IMG/VR virus record: IMGVR_UViG_3300043786_001845
Span: 290-64,289 of that record
Origin: a virus
Lineage: Duplodnaviria; Caudoviricetes
Reading direction: 5' to 3' (one strand)
Length of the DNA stretch: 64,000 nucleotides
Shown here: positions 55,368 to 64,000 of the stretch, piece by piece
How positions within the stretch are numbered: position 1 is the stretch's first letter
Layout: every line of letters begins with the position of its first letter
The notes under the pieces: model-generated
The model's input: the letters and a program-made list of their open reading frames with translations, nothing else
Told to the model about the DNA's origin: nothing
The model's database searches: none
Translations under genes and position numbers: made by a program

Positions 55368-56342
55368 TTACATGTAGGCGGCCAGGATGCCGGCGGCCTC
55401 ATCTTTGCTGCTGATGGCGTGGCTCTTGCCGGCGCGCAGGGCGCTCACCAGATAGCCCATGGACTGAGCATTGACCTTGGAGACGGCGCTGATGACGGCG
55501 CTGATGGAGCTCTGGACGACCGGGCCGATGGTGGTGAGTGCCTCCAACTTGCGGTTGAGGCTCTCCTTGCCGTCCTTGTCTTCCTGGCTGTCACCGCGGC
55601 CCTTCGAGTTGGCCCAGACCGTGGTGTAGCCCTCGGCCTTCTTCACGAAGGAGTCGGCGATCTGCTTCGCATGGGGGAGGTCCTCCATGTCCTTGAAGGC
55701 GGCATGGGCGACCTTGATCATCGCCTTGACGCCGGCGGCATCGATTGCCACTTCCTTCTCGTCGCCGATGATGTCGTCCTGGAGGCTCTTGGTGAGAGAG
55801 CCATCCTTGTCGCCACTGCGGCCGTAGAGCTCTTCCACCTTCTTCTTCAGTTCTTCGCGGTCGACCTTGTCGCCGACGTCGTTGGACAGAGTGAGAGCTT
55901 TCTGAGCCTTCTCGGCAAATTCCTTGAACTTCGTGCCGGAGTAGGCCATGACCTTGCTGCCGAAGGAGTACTTGGCGTCGCCGAAGCTGGTCAGCTTCAC
56001 AAGCTCGGCCTCGTTCTTCTTCAGCCACTCGGTACGGGGGCCGAAAACCTTGCTCCGGATGCTCTCGAACGCGGCGGAGATCCAGTTCACGAACTTCTTC
56101 CAGTACTTGACGATGGTGTCTTTGACGCGGCCAAAGAATTCCTTGATGCCCTCGTTGAGGGTCTCGGGGCTGGCGCTCTCCACAATGCAGTGGTGCTCCA
56201 GGCGTGCCATGGCGATGTTGAGGTTACCGATGGTGACCATCGATTCCATGGTGTTCTCGATCAATTCCTGCGGCTCGCCGACGAAATCGCCGATGCCAAC
56301 GGACTTTCCAGCCAGGGCAGGCAGGTTGTTTTCCAAGATCAT
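55368..56342 (-). CDS. Putative internal head protein, tandem copy B
   Basis: From MILENN; TLNE/GIKEFF..IKD pattern; nearly identical to 56409..57371. Confidence 0.7.
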   Translation of the reverse strand: MILENNLPALAGKSVGIGDFVGEPQELIENTMESMVTIGNLNIAMARLEHHCIVESASPETLNEGIKEFFGRVKDTIVKYWKKFVNWISAAFESIRSKVFGPRTEWLKKNEAELVKLTSFGDAKYSFGSKVMAYSGTKFKEFAEKAQKALTLSNDVGDKVDREELKKKVEELYGRSGDKDGSLTKSLQDDIIGDEKEVAIDAAGVKAMIKVAHAAFKDMEDLPHAKQIADSFVKKAEGYTTVWANSKGRGDSQEDKDGKESLNRKLEALTTIGPVVQSSISAVISAVSKVNAQSMGYLVSALRAGKSHAISSKDEAAGILAAYM

Positions 56343-56408
56343 TACGAAACTCCTAAGGGTTGATTTACAAATTTGCAAACAGAGACGGGACGGGACGCGA
56401 CGCGGGAA

Positions 56409-57371
56409 TTACATGTAGGCGGCCAGGATGCCGGCGGACTCTTTTTTGCCACTCAGGGCGTGGGAGCGGCCTGCGCCCAGGGCGTGTACCAGATAGCCCA
56501 TGGACTGAGCATTGACCTTGGAGACGGCGCTGATGACGGCGCTGATGGAGCTCTGGACGACCGGGCCGATGGTGGAGATCGCTTCCAGTCGGCGGTTGAT
56601 GCTCTTCTTGCCGTCCTTGTCGTCATCACCTTTCGAGTTGGCCCACATTGCGGTGTAGCCCTCGGCCTTCTTCACGAAGGAGTCGGCGATCTTCTTCGTC
56701 TGGGGGAGGTTTTCCATGTCCTTGAAGGCAGCGTGGGCGACTTTGATCATCGCCTTGACGCCGGCGGCATCGATTGCCACTTCCTTCTCGTCGCCGATGA
56801 TGTCGTCCTGGAGGCTCTTGGTGAGGGAGCTGTCCTTCCCATCGCCGCGACCGTAGAGCTCTTCCACCTTCTTCTTCAGTTCTTCGCGGTCGACCTTGTC
56901 GCCGACGCTGTCAACCAGATTCAGAGCGTGCTGGGCCTTGTCGGTGAAGCTCTGGCATACGGTGCCGGAGTAGGCCATGACCTTGCTGCCGAAGGAGTAC
57001 TTGGCGTCGCCGAAGCTGGTCAGTTTCACCAATTCGGCCTCGTTCTTCTTCAGCCACTCGGTACGGGGGCCAAAGATCTTGCTCCGGATGCTCTCGAACG
57101 CGGCGGAGATCCAGTTCACGAACTTCTTCCAGTACTTGACGATGGTGTCTTTGATACCGCTGAAGAATTCCTTGATGCCCTCGTTGAGGGTCTCGGGGCT
57201 GGCGCTCTCCACAATGCAGTGGTGCTCCAGGCGTGCCATGGCGATGTTGAGGTTACCGACTGCAACCATCGATTCCATGGTGTTCTCGATCAATTCCTGC
57301 GGCTCGCCGACGAAATCGCCGACGCCGGCAGATGTTTTGCCCGGGGTGAACGTGTGGTTTTCGAGGATCAT
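56409..57371 (-). CDS. Putative internal head protein, tandem copy A
   Basis: 320 aa; TTAGGAG RBS; late motif upstream. Confidence 0.7.
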   Translation of the reverse strand: MILENHTFTPGKTSAGVGDFVGEPQELIENTMESMVAVGNLNIAMARLEHHCIVESASPETLNEGIKEFFSGIKDTIVKYWKKFVNWISAAFESIRSKIFGPRTEWLKKNEAELVKLTSFGDAKYSFGSKVMAYSGTVCQSFTDKAQHALNLVDSVGDKVDREELKKKVEELYGRGDGKDSSLTKSLQDDIIGDEKEVAIDAAGVKAMIKVAHAAFKDMENLPQTKKIADSFVKKAEGYTAMWANSKGDDDKDGKKSINRRLEAISTIGPVVQSSISAVISAVSKVNAQSMGYLVHALGAGRSHALSGKKESAGILAAYM

Positions 57372-57461
57372 TGGAAAACTCCTAAAAATTGCAAGGGGTA
57401 ATGGCGGGACGGGACGCGGGGCCTATCAGCAGCTCCGACTCCGTCAGCTCGCCTAGCCCGC

Positions 57462-57473
57462 TAACTTCCTGTT
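57462..57473 (-). promoter_or_regulatory. Late promoter motif AACA-GGAAGT-TA
   Basis: Motif ~90 bp upstream of ATG 57371. Confidence 0.6.
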
Positions 57474-57502
57474 TGACTTAGGTGGACCTTTCCCGCCAAA
57501 TC

Positions 57503-58417
57503 TCACACGACGGAGCCACCGCTCTGCGCGATGCTGAGATTCGGAGATGGGGTGATGGCCTTCTCCGCTGCCAGTGTTTGTCGCACCCCCTTCTCCGCGT
57601 CAGCATTGTCGACGCGGACGGAGTCCGCGATCGCTCTTAGCCGTTTGGCGTACTGCTCCTGCCTGTCGCGACTGGAGGACTTGTCGACGCCGAGAGCTGA
57701 GGCGTTCATGTCGAGGAAGCTGGCCTGCAGGTCGAGCCAGCGGGCGAACGTCCCGCGGAGACGGTAGTAGTACTCCGCCATCTCGCGCGCCAGTCCGAGG
57801 AGGGCAACGAGGGCGACCGCGCCGCCCGCCGCTATGGCTATGACGGACCAGACCTCGCCGAGCAACTCGCTCTCCAAGGCCCTCGCCGTCTCGGTGACGG
57901 TCTGCTGGAAGCCGTACTTGTCCGCGGCCTCGACGAATCGGGCGAGGCGGGTCGCCGGGACCCCGGTCGCTACCGCGTCCGCGCCGGCGGCGTTCGCCAC
58001 GGGCTGGTAGCGCCCGTCCGCGCCCTTCACGAAGATGACGCCCTCGGCGCAGAGGAGGGTGACGGTATGCCAGAGGGATGCGACGATCCCGACGTAAATG
58101 AGGCGGCTCGCCTCGCTGCCACCCTTGGCGAATGCCTTCTCGAAGGTCGGGCGCTGTCTCAGGAGCATGGTCTCGGCAGCGCGGGCGTCGCGGAGCGCCT
58201 TCCCGAGCGTCCCGCGGCCCCCGTCGATCGCGCTGAGGCGGGAGATGCAGCGGGAGAGGTTGTCGTAGCCTTCGACCCTCGTGACGTTGCCCTTGGAGGA
58301 CATCGCGGCCTTAGCGATCTCGTGGTCGCTCTTGCCGCGCAGCCGGTCGATGAGCTCCGCCACCTGGCCGGGGGCCGCAGTCGACTGGACGGTGGACTTC
58401 TCTGTCAGATTCTTCAT
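57503..58417 (-). CDS. Putative virion protein with one hydrophobic segment
   Basis: SKGNVT...YD; LAREMAEYYY..R; late operon. Confidence 0.6.
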   Translation of the reverse strand: MKNLTEKSTVQSTAAPGQVAELIDRLRGKSDHEIAKAAMSSKGNVTRVEGYDNLSRCISRLSAIDGGRGTLGKALRDARAAETMLLRQRPTFEKAFAKGGSEASRLIYVGIVASLWHTVTLLCAEGVIFVKGADGRYQPVANAAGADAVATGVPATRLARFVEAADKYGFQQTVTETARALESELLGEVWSVIAIAAGGAVALVALLGLAREMAEYYYRLRGTFARWLDLQASFLDMNASALGVDKSSSRDRQEQYAKRLRAIADSVRVDNADAEKGVRQTLAAEKAITPSPNLSIAQSGGSVV

Positions 58418-58418
58418 T

Positions 58419-59960
58419 TCAGGTCCTCGCGAGGATGGTCATCATGTCCTTGACAGACGTTTGGCTGCCGCGCTCCTTGATCTCGCTCATCGGGATGCGG
58501 TCGAAGTCGCCGTCGCCGTCCTCGTAGAAGCGCACCAGGCCGATGCTCTCGTCGACGATCGCGAAACCCATGAGGTTGTGGCTCTTCAGGAGGTCGCGGG
58601 CCACGGCCGGCTTGGAGAAGTCGACGCCGTACAGGCCGCGGATGCGCTCCACCTCGTCGGCGGTCACGATGACGGTCGTGGTCGGGGGCACGAAGCCGCG
58701 CTTGGAGACGGCGGCGACGACCCAGGTGCGGCGCAGGTCGTTCCACTCGGCCTGGCGGCGGAGCGTCTCGAGCATCTTCGTCCCGCCGCTGGTCTTGCTG
58801 CTGGCGCGGGCCTTCGCGGCGCCGAGGTTCAGGACGAAGTCCTTCACGAAGGACGTCTCACCGCTCGTCAGGCGCATGAACTGCAGAAAGAGGCTGTCGC
58901 GCTGCAGCGCGGTGCCGAGGCCGGTCACGAGGTCGACGCTGGGGACGACGTGGGCCACAGCTTTCACGCCGATCATCATCTTGGTCTCGTGGACGTTGTC
59001 GCCGCTCTTGTGGTGGACGGTGAGGTCGAGCAGCACGGGCGGGAAGCGGTTCACCTTGTCGAACTCGGTCGGCTTCCAGCCGGATACCCTGGCCTCGTTG
59101 GTGTACACCTCCAGGGCGTCTTTGGGGAGCTTTTCCATGGACGCGATCAGGCCGACGACTCGCTCGTCGGTCTTCTTCATCTGGTTGAGCAGATCCCTCG
59201 CGTCACCGCGCTGCATGAGCTGGGCGACGAGGCGGGTGAGCTCCTCGCTGTCGTGTTTCGCGGTGCTGTGAGTCTTTACTTTTGCTTCCTGCTCCGCCAT
59301 TTCAGCTTCCGGGCTGATCGGCGATCTAGGCTTTGAGCCGGCTCCCGGATTCGCGGAGATGTTGTTCGCCCACAGATTCTCCGCGTCCTTCCGGCTCATC
59401 GTGACGGGGTGCTGGCTCGAGCTTGGCGAGCTATTGGGCTTGAAGTTTCGTATGTTCGAGGTCCTGGGATCCTTCAGGGCTTCTGATAGTATGTGACGCT
59501 CCAGCGGCGGGCGGATCTCCAGCCCGCCGCCCATGGCGGACTCCACGAGGGACACGATGTTCTTCCGGACGTACGCTCCGACCTCGCTGGCGCTCTCGTC
59601 GAAGATGGCGTCCTTCAGCGACGACCCCTGCAGGGAGCTGACGATCGCGCCTTTCCCCCCGCCCTCCCGCGGGTCCAGGTTCGTCACGTAGAGTCGGACG
59701 TACTCGGTGGCGCGGACCTGGACGGCGCGGGAGATGGTCGCCACGGTCTCGGGCGAGAGCGACTCGGACCCGACGACCGGGAAGAGGAGGATGCTGCTCT
59801 TCGCCCTCTTGGCGACGGAGTCGATGGGGCGCTGCAAGAAGTCGTCCGGGCCGTTCAGGTCCCCGGCCGCCTTGTTGAGTTGGTCCGGGGCCGCCCGCAG
59901 GCCGCGGACCACTCCGGTTAGCTCGCCTACGAGCTCTTTCATGTCATTCAGGAAGCCCAT
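58419..59960 (-). CDS. Putative virion structural protein
   Basis: LLFPVV.S, IGVKAVAH, F..LTSGE.SF.KDF, P.TT.IVT..EVE, LMGFAIVDES; late operon. Confidence 0.65.
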   Translation of the reverse strand: MGFLNDMKELVGELTGVVRGLRAAPDQLNKAAGDLNGPDDFLQRPIDSVAKRAKSSILLFPVVGSESLSPETVATISRAVQVRATEYVRLYVTNLDPREGGGKGAIVSSLQGSSLKDAIFDESASEVGAYVRKNIVSLVESAMGGGLEIRPPLERHILSEALKDPRTSNIRNFKPNSSPSSSQHPVTMSRKDAENLWANNISANPGAGSKPRSPISPEAEMAEQEAKVKTHSTAKHDSEELTRLVAQLMQRGDARDLLNQMKKTDERVVGLIASMEKLPKDALEVYTNEARVSGWKPTEFDKVNRFPPVLLDLTVHHKSGDNVHETKMMIGVKAVAHVVPSVDLVTGLGTALQRDSLFLQFMRLTSGETSFVKDFVLNLGAAKARASSKTSGGTKMLETLRRQAEWNDLRRTWVVAAVSKRGFVPPTTTVIVTADEVERIRGLYGVDFSKPAVARDLLKSHNLMGFAIVDESIGLVRFYEDGDGDFDRIPMSEIKERGSQTSVKDMMTILART

Positions 59961-59965
59961 GTGGA

Positions 59966-60433
59966 TTATTCTCCGGAGGACGGTGTTGATCGATGTACAG
60001 CCAATGAATTGTTACCGGGACTCGCGCATCCCTCCAGGTAAGCGACCAGCTCCGCATCCGTCACCTCGGTCGGCGGCGGGACGAGCCCTTCGACGAAGAT
60101 CTCGTGACTGGCGCGGGCGTACGGGCCGCAGAAGCGAATTCCCGAGACCGGCTTTCCGGCGAGGTAGTCCTCGGTGAGCAGGCGCAGCCCGGCCAGGCGC
60201 CGTCGGCCGAGGCCGCACGGGCGGAGGACCGCGAGGAGTGCGCCGTCGCTGACTGCGGTCAGGTCCTCCGGGCGGCCGACGAGCGAGAAGAAGTCCAGCA
60301 GGACCTTCTTCGCCTGGGCTCGCGTGGTCCGGTTCAGCATCAGGCAGCCCACGAGCAGGTGCCACGGGCCGACGGCTGCCAACGTTCTCTGCACGACGCA
60401 CGGCCTACCGTCCTCTACGAATCGGATTTCCAT
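59966..60433 (-). CDS. MBD4-like HhH-GPD DNA glycosylase
   Basis: PWHLLVGCLMLNRT, LRPCGL..RR, GPYA..S..IF and VTDAEL..Y follow the MBD4 catalytic domain; the catalytic Asp appears retained. Confidence 0.8.
   Translation of the reverse strand: MEIRFVEDGRPCVVQRTLAAVGPWHLLVGCLMLNRTTRAQAKKVLLDFFSLVGRPEDLTAVSDGALLAVLRPCGLGRRRLAGLRLLTEDYLAGKPVSGIRFCGPYARASHEIFVEGLVPPPTEVTDAELVAYLEGCASPGNNSLAVHRSTPSSGE
60002..60013 (-). promoter_or_regulatory. Late promoter motif AACA-ATTCAT-TG
   Basis: Motif ~40 bp upstream of ATG 59960, inside the 3' end of the glycosylase gene. Confidence 0.6.
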
Positions 60434-60506
60434 GTGTCCTCCGAAAAAAAAGAGGGCGGGACCCAGTCGGACTTATTCTTCGGTCCCGTCGGTCGCCCGC
60501 CCTTTA

Positions 60507-60803
60507 CTACATTACGAGATTGAAGTCTTGGACGACGTCCATCCCGTCCGGCACACGGATGTGAGACGGGATGCTCCCCAGCGCTATCTCCTGGTCGACC
60601 TCGTCACAGACGAGTTTGGCCAGGTCGAAGACGTAGAAACCGACCACCCTCACGAAATAGTCCTTGAGGATGGGGGCGGTCGCCACCGTCTTAGTCCGTC
60701 CGCGGGATCCCTCCGCGGCTTCGGATAGGTTATGCAGCAGCTGGCGGGACAGCTTGAGGACGAAAACCGACGTGACGCAGTGATGCAGACTCGTCTTCCT
60801 CAA
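60507..60803 (-). CDS. Possible small hypothetical protein (start uncertain)
   Basis: Only the C-terminal ~100 aa of the 674-aa track ORF looks coding. Confidence 0.3.
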   Translation of the reverse strand: MRKTSLHHCVTSVFVLKLSRQLLHNLSEAAEGSRGRTKTVATAPILKDYFVRVVGFYVFDLAKLVCDEVDQEIALGSIPSHIRVPDGMDVVQDFNLVM

Positions 60804-60959
60804 CGTGACAGGGGTTCTTGAATTGCGTCCAGACTCGTTCAGGCGGTCCACTGGGCCGCCGCTGCGAGGCGGCGGCTGCGGTTGGATTGCATAGATCTCT
60901 CCTACCCATAGTGCTTTCCGGGAATCGGTCCGCACAAAATGATGATATTCGGGTGAGAG

Positions 60960-60971
60960 AACAGTTCGTTG
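60960..60971 (+). promoter_or_regulatory. Late promoter motif AACA-GTTCGT-TG
   Basis: Motif ~25 bp upstream of ATG 60996. Confidence 0.65.
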
Positions 60972-60995
60972 TTCAGCTTCCAAGGAGAGCGCCAG

Positions 60996-61892
60996 ATGGC
61001 AGTTCCCACCGACGGCGGGGGGCCCGACCTCCAGAGAATCTTGAATTCTCGTTTCGTCACTCCGTCCGATCTCATCGACACATTCAACCCGGAGCGCCTC
61101 AGCGCCCACGGGGCCGGCGGGCCGGGCATCGGTCCGGACCCGGCGTCCACGGGGCCGTTCTACGTGTTCGTGACGACGCCGGACCTCAACCTCGACGACA
61201 AGGACGCCGGGCTGAAGCTCGGCATCGGCACGCCGACGGCGCCGCTCGCCATCGCCCGCAAGCTGACCGGGGCGTCGGGATTCATCAAGCTGCTCACGAA
61301 CATGGCCGAGTCCTACTCGGTCCAGGACATCGTGATGGACGTCCACCAGATCGCCGACGGCTGGGACGGCTCGCGCCTCACCGTGCCGAAGCACACGCTC
61401 AACAGCCGCCAGGACGGCACCGTGCAGATCGAGTACGCGGAGTGGTCCGGGACCCCGGTGACGACCCTCCACAAGGTGTGGGTGGACTACATCGAGGCCG
61501 TGACAAAGGGCTTCATCTACCCCAAGCAAGACAGCGTGAAGCGGTACATCACTGGTACCATCCTCGACTACGCCAGCTCGATCTACTGCTTCCAGTTGCG
61601 GGCAGACGGGCGAACCATCGAATTCGGAATGCGCTACACCGGGTGCTTCCCGACCGCCATTCCGTACTCGCCCTGGAGCGGCCGCGTCGGCAACCCGGAG
61701 GGAATCAAGGTCACGGTCCCGTACGCGTACTCCTACCTGGAGGTCATGGATATGGCCATCTTCGGCGACTTCAACAGGGCCGCCGGCGGCGCGGGTGTTG
61801 TTATCAGCGTGGAGACGCCCCCCGGAGCCGTCAGATCCACTCTCTGTCTCAACTTCTCCGAGGGCAAACGACTGACCCCGGACGGGGTCTGA
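60996..61892 (+). CDS. Tail-tube-fold baseplate/tube initiator protein
   Basis: FVTTPDLNL, WVDYI, DYASSIY.F....DG.TI....YTGCFP..IP; AAGGAG RBS. Confidence 0.7.
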   Translation: MAVPTDGGGPDLQRILNSRFVTPSDLIDTFNPERLSAHGAGGPGIGPDPASTGPFYVFVTTPDLNLDDKDAGLKLGIGTPTAPLAIARKLTGASGFIKLLTNMAESYSVQDIVMDVHQIADGWDGSRLTVPKHTLNSRQDGTVQIEYAEWSGTPVTTLHKVWVDYIEAVTKGFIYPKQDSVKRYITGTILDYASSIYCFQLRADGRTIEFGMRYTGCFPTAIPYSPWSGRVGNPEGIKVTVPYAYSYLEVMDMAIFGDFNRAAGGAGVVISVETPPGAVRSTLCLNFSEGKRLTPDGV

Positions 61893-61925
61893 CTCCATCA
61901 AACATTCCGAAGGAACACCTGGACA

Positions 61926-64000
61926 ATGGCCAACACCAGTTTCTCCCCATCCGTGTATGGGGCTGAGAGCGCCTTGCTCGACCTCGCGGACCACTATCTC
62001 GAACCGGGTACCTACTCCACACTCAAGAGCGGCCTGTTTGGCTACATGACCGCAGCCATGGCCCAGGTCGCCGCCGAGGGTGCGTACCACCGCAATCTGC
62101 TGTACCGCGAGAACTTTCTCAACACGGCGACGCTCCCGCGGTCTGTCTACAACTACGCCAAGGTCTATGACTACCAGATCGCCGCGGCGACCCCCGCTTC
62201 CTGCCGGGCGCTCATCGGGCTGTACCTGGACGAGGTCCGCGCGGCATTCGGCTCTGAGACTGGCATCTTCTCGATCCCGCGCGGCCACACGGTCTACCTC
62301 GGGAAGACCCCGTTCATCGTGGCCGGGCGCGTTGACCTCACCCTGTTCGGCGGCACCCGCGTCGCCGCCGCATACAACGCTGCGGAGATGGACTTTCCGG
62401 ACGCAACTGGAGCGACCCACGTCAGAACGTACATCGCCCCCCAGGTGGTCGACACGACGGGCACCACGAGGTCGGTGGTGTACATGGAAGTGCGCTTGCA
62501 CCAGGCGGTGAGAACCGCCGTCGAGTTCCAAGTCGTGTCGTCGAGCACGCTGGAGACGACGTTTTTCCGAGTCGCGGTCCCAGCTGGGTCCCAGCTGGCC
62601 GGCTTCGACGTCTTCTACCTCGGGCCGGGCGAGACGTCCTGGAGGCCGCTGACGGCCGTCTTCAACGAGACCGGTGACCCGCCGATCGAGGACTTCTGCT
62701 ACTACTCCTACACGGGTGACGGCGCGATCGAGATCTACTTCGTGCCAGTCTCTGGGTACTTCCGCCCGGCCTTCAACAGCCAGCTCCGCGTCGAGCTGGT
62801 GCTGACGGAGGGCGCTGTAGGCAACTTCCAGTTCTCAGGCACGGCCGTGTCCGCCTTCCCCGGTCAGCTCTCCTCTATGGTCGTCCTGAGCGAGCTCTTG
62901 ACCCACCCGTCTGGAGGTACTGATGCTGAGAACCTCTTGCAGGTCAAGAAGGGGATCATGCGCAAGATCCTTCTCCGGCGCAACATCGTCATGGAGAGCG
63001 ACCTCGAGTCATACCTCTCCACGGCGGTTGAGCGTGACCGTGTGAACGACTCCATCACGACCTTCATCAAGCGTCGCGACGACGTGCAGACTCGCCTCTT
63101 CTCCGCGTTCCTCCTGCTCAAGGATGCGACCGGGCACGTCGTGCCGACGAACACCGCCCCTATGGACATCGAGCTGGCAGACCTGGACGCGCGGGGGTGG
63201 AGCGTGCGCCCGGGAAGTCTCATCGTCTACGACCGGCGCGCCGGCATATACCGACTGCTGGCCGCCGGCGAGTACCCGGACCGCATGATCTCCGACCCGA
63301 ACTCGTTCGTGTACTGCGTGCCGTTCCTGATGTCGTTCCGCCTCTACCCATTCCCGCGGCTCGTGTACTACCGCCTTGCGGCGGCCATCGACTCGGCGGT
63401 GGTGACGACTCCCGGGGACGTGATCGTCACCGACTCCTTCCTCGCGAACTCCATCACGGTGACTCGCAACGCGGTGTACGACGCCGGATACACTATCCGC
63501 ATTCCAATCGCGTCGACACTGGACGTGGCCGCCATCGGCGCCCGGTGCCTCGTCCGGTTCAGATTCCTTTCCACGAAGGGCGACGATCTCGGATACGTGG
63601 AGGCTGAGGTTGTGCAGGAAACCAACGTCTTCCAGGCCTTCGTCTCGACGGAGGACCGGTTCGACGACTACAGCCGCATGCTCCTCGTCGACTCGCTTCG
63701 GTCCGAGTTGACGGATGGAATCATCGCGCAGGCCCCGATCGACGAGGAGGTGAGACTCGTCGCCGAGCTGTACTACGACAACTCCGATCCGAACACCGCC
63801 GTTCGGCATGTCAGCCGCGGTGGACGGACATTCCAACTCGTGCAGTCATTCGAGACCGCAGACCCGGTCCGCCTGTACTCCAGCCTGGAGAGGTTCGTCA
63901 ACAGCCGCATGAGCGTCACCGAGGCCGGGACGTTCCACTGCGACGGAGTCCCCCTGGTCGGGGCCGGATACTTCCTAAACCCGGCCGCTGGCGAGGGAGT
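61926..64000 (+). CDS. Large baseplate wedge protein (gp6/gpJ-like); runs off the window end
   Basis: MANTSFSP...SGLFGY...RENFLNTATLPRSVYNYAK...TEGAVGNF...SGGTD; no stop seen before the window end. Confidence 0.75.
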   Translation, partial: MANTSFSPSVYGAESALLDLADHYLEPGTYSTLKSGLFGYMTAAMAQVAAEGAYHRNLLYRENFLNTATLPRSVYNYAKVYDYQIAAATPASCRALIGLYLDEVRAAFGSETGIFSIPRGHTVYLGKTPFIVAGRVDLTLFGGTRVAAAYNAAEMDFPDATGATHVRTYIAPQVVDTTGTTRSVVYMEVRLHQAVRTAVEFQVVSSSTLETTFFRVAVPAGSQLAGFDVFYLGPGETSWRPLTAVFNETGDPPIEDFCYYSYTGDGAIEIYFVPVSGYFRPAFNSQLRVELVLTEGAVGNFQFSGTAVSAFPGQLSSMVVLSELLTHPSGGTDAENLLQVKKGIMRKILLRRNIVMESDLESYLSTAVERDRVNDSITTFIKRRDDVQTRLFSAFLLLKDATGHVVPTNTAPMDIELADLDARGWSVRPGSLIVYDRRAGIYRLLAAGEYPDRMISDPNSFVYCVPFLMSFRLYPFPRLVYYRLAAAIDSAVVTTPGDVIVTDSFLANSITVTRNAVYDAGYTIRIPIASTLDVAAIGARCLVRFRFLSTKGDDLGYVEAEVVQETNVFQAFVSTEDRFDDYSRMLLVDSLRSELTDGIIAQAPIDEEVRLVAELYYDNSDPNTAVRHVSRGGRTFQLVQSFETADPVRLYSSLERFVNSRMSVTEAGTFHCDGVPLVGAGYFLNPAAGEG

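Noticed and set aside
60507-62531. 674-aa minus-strand ORF and similar long ORFs (3123..4478+, 6348..8057+, 25281..26702+, 26890..28524+, the 5' part of 28708..30774-)
   Set aside because: Antisense or off-frame shadows of well-supported genes, expected in high-GC DNA; R/G/A-rich with no motifs.
1-64000. tRNA/rRNA genes, integrase/transposase, chimallin or PhuZ
   Set aside because: None recognised by eye in this window. This is not evidence about the rest of the genome, and tRNAscan/HMM searches were not run.

Overview
This is a 64-kb segment of a GC-rich (roughly two-thirds G+C, judged by eye) contractile-tailed jumbo phage. Its core machinery looks like the AR9/PBS1 type: split multisubunit RNA polymerase beta' genes, a gp226-like promoter-specificity subunit next to a GroEL-like chaperonin, and an AACA-N6-T(A/G) motif at the head of nearly every late operon. 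Its lysis cassette (GH19 endolysin, holin, Rz plus embedded Rz1 lipoprotein) points to a Gram-negative host. The window also has tail fibre, baseplate and head genes, primase, RNase H, a DEDDh exonuclease, dCTP deaminase, a cold-shock protein, Dps, an MBD4-like glycosylase and an Acb2 anti-CBASS sponge. A group I intron with an HNH endonuclease in its P1 loop splits the catalytic beta' gene. Main finding: a six-gene, tightly coupled operon (16837 to 11579, minus strand) that appears to encode a complete phage-borne ubiquitin-like conjugation system. It has an E2-domain protein (HTNISSSGAVCL), a ThiF/E1 lacking the usual catalytic Cys, a candidate Ubl with an N-terminal helical domain and a ...TAAG-A end, a JAMM isopeptidase (HxHx7SxxD) and two unknown genes. 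Second hypothesis: the gp226 homolog, dCTP deaminase and mismatch-specific glycosylase together hint at a GC-rich uracil-DNA phage. All family assignments come from motif recognition by eye; no database searches were run.
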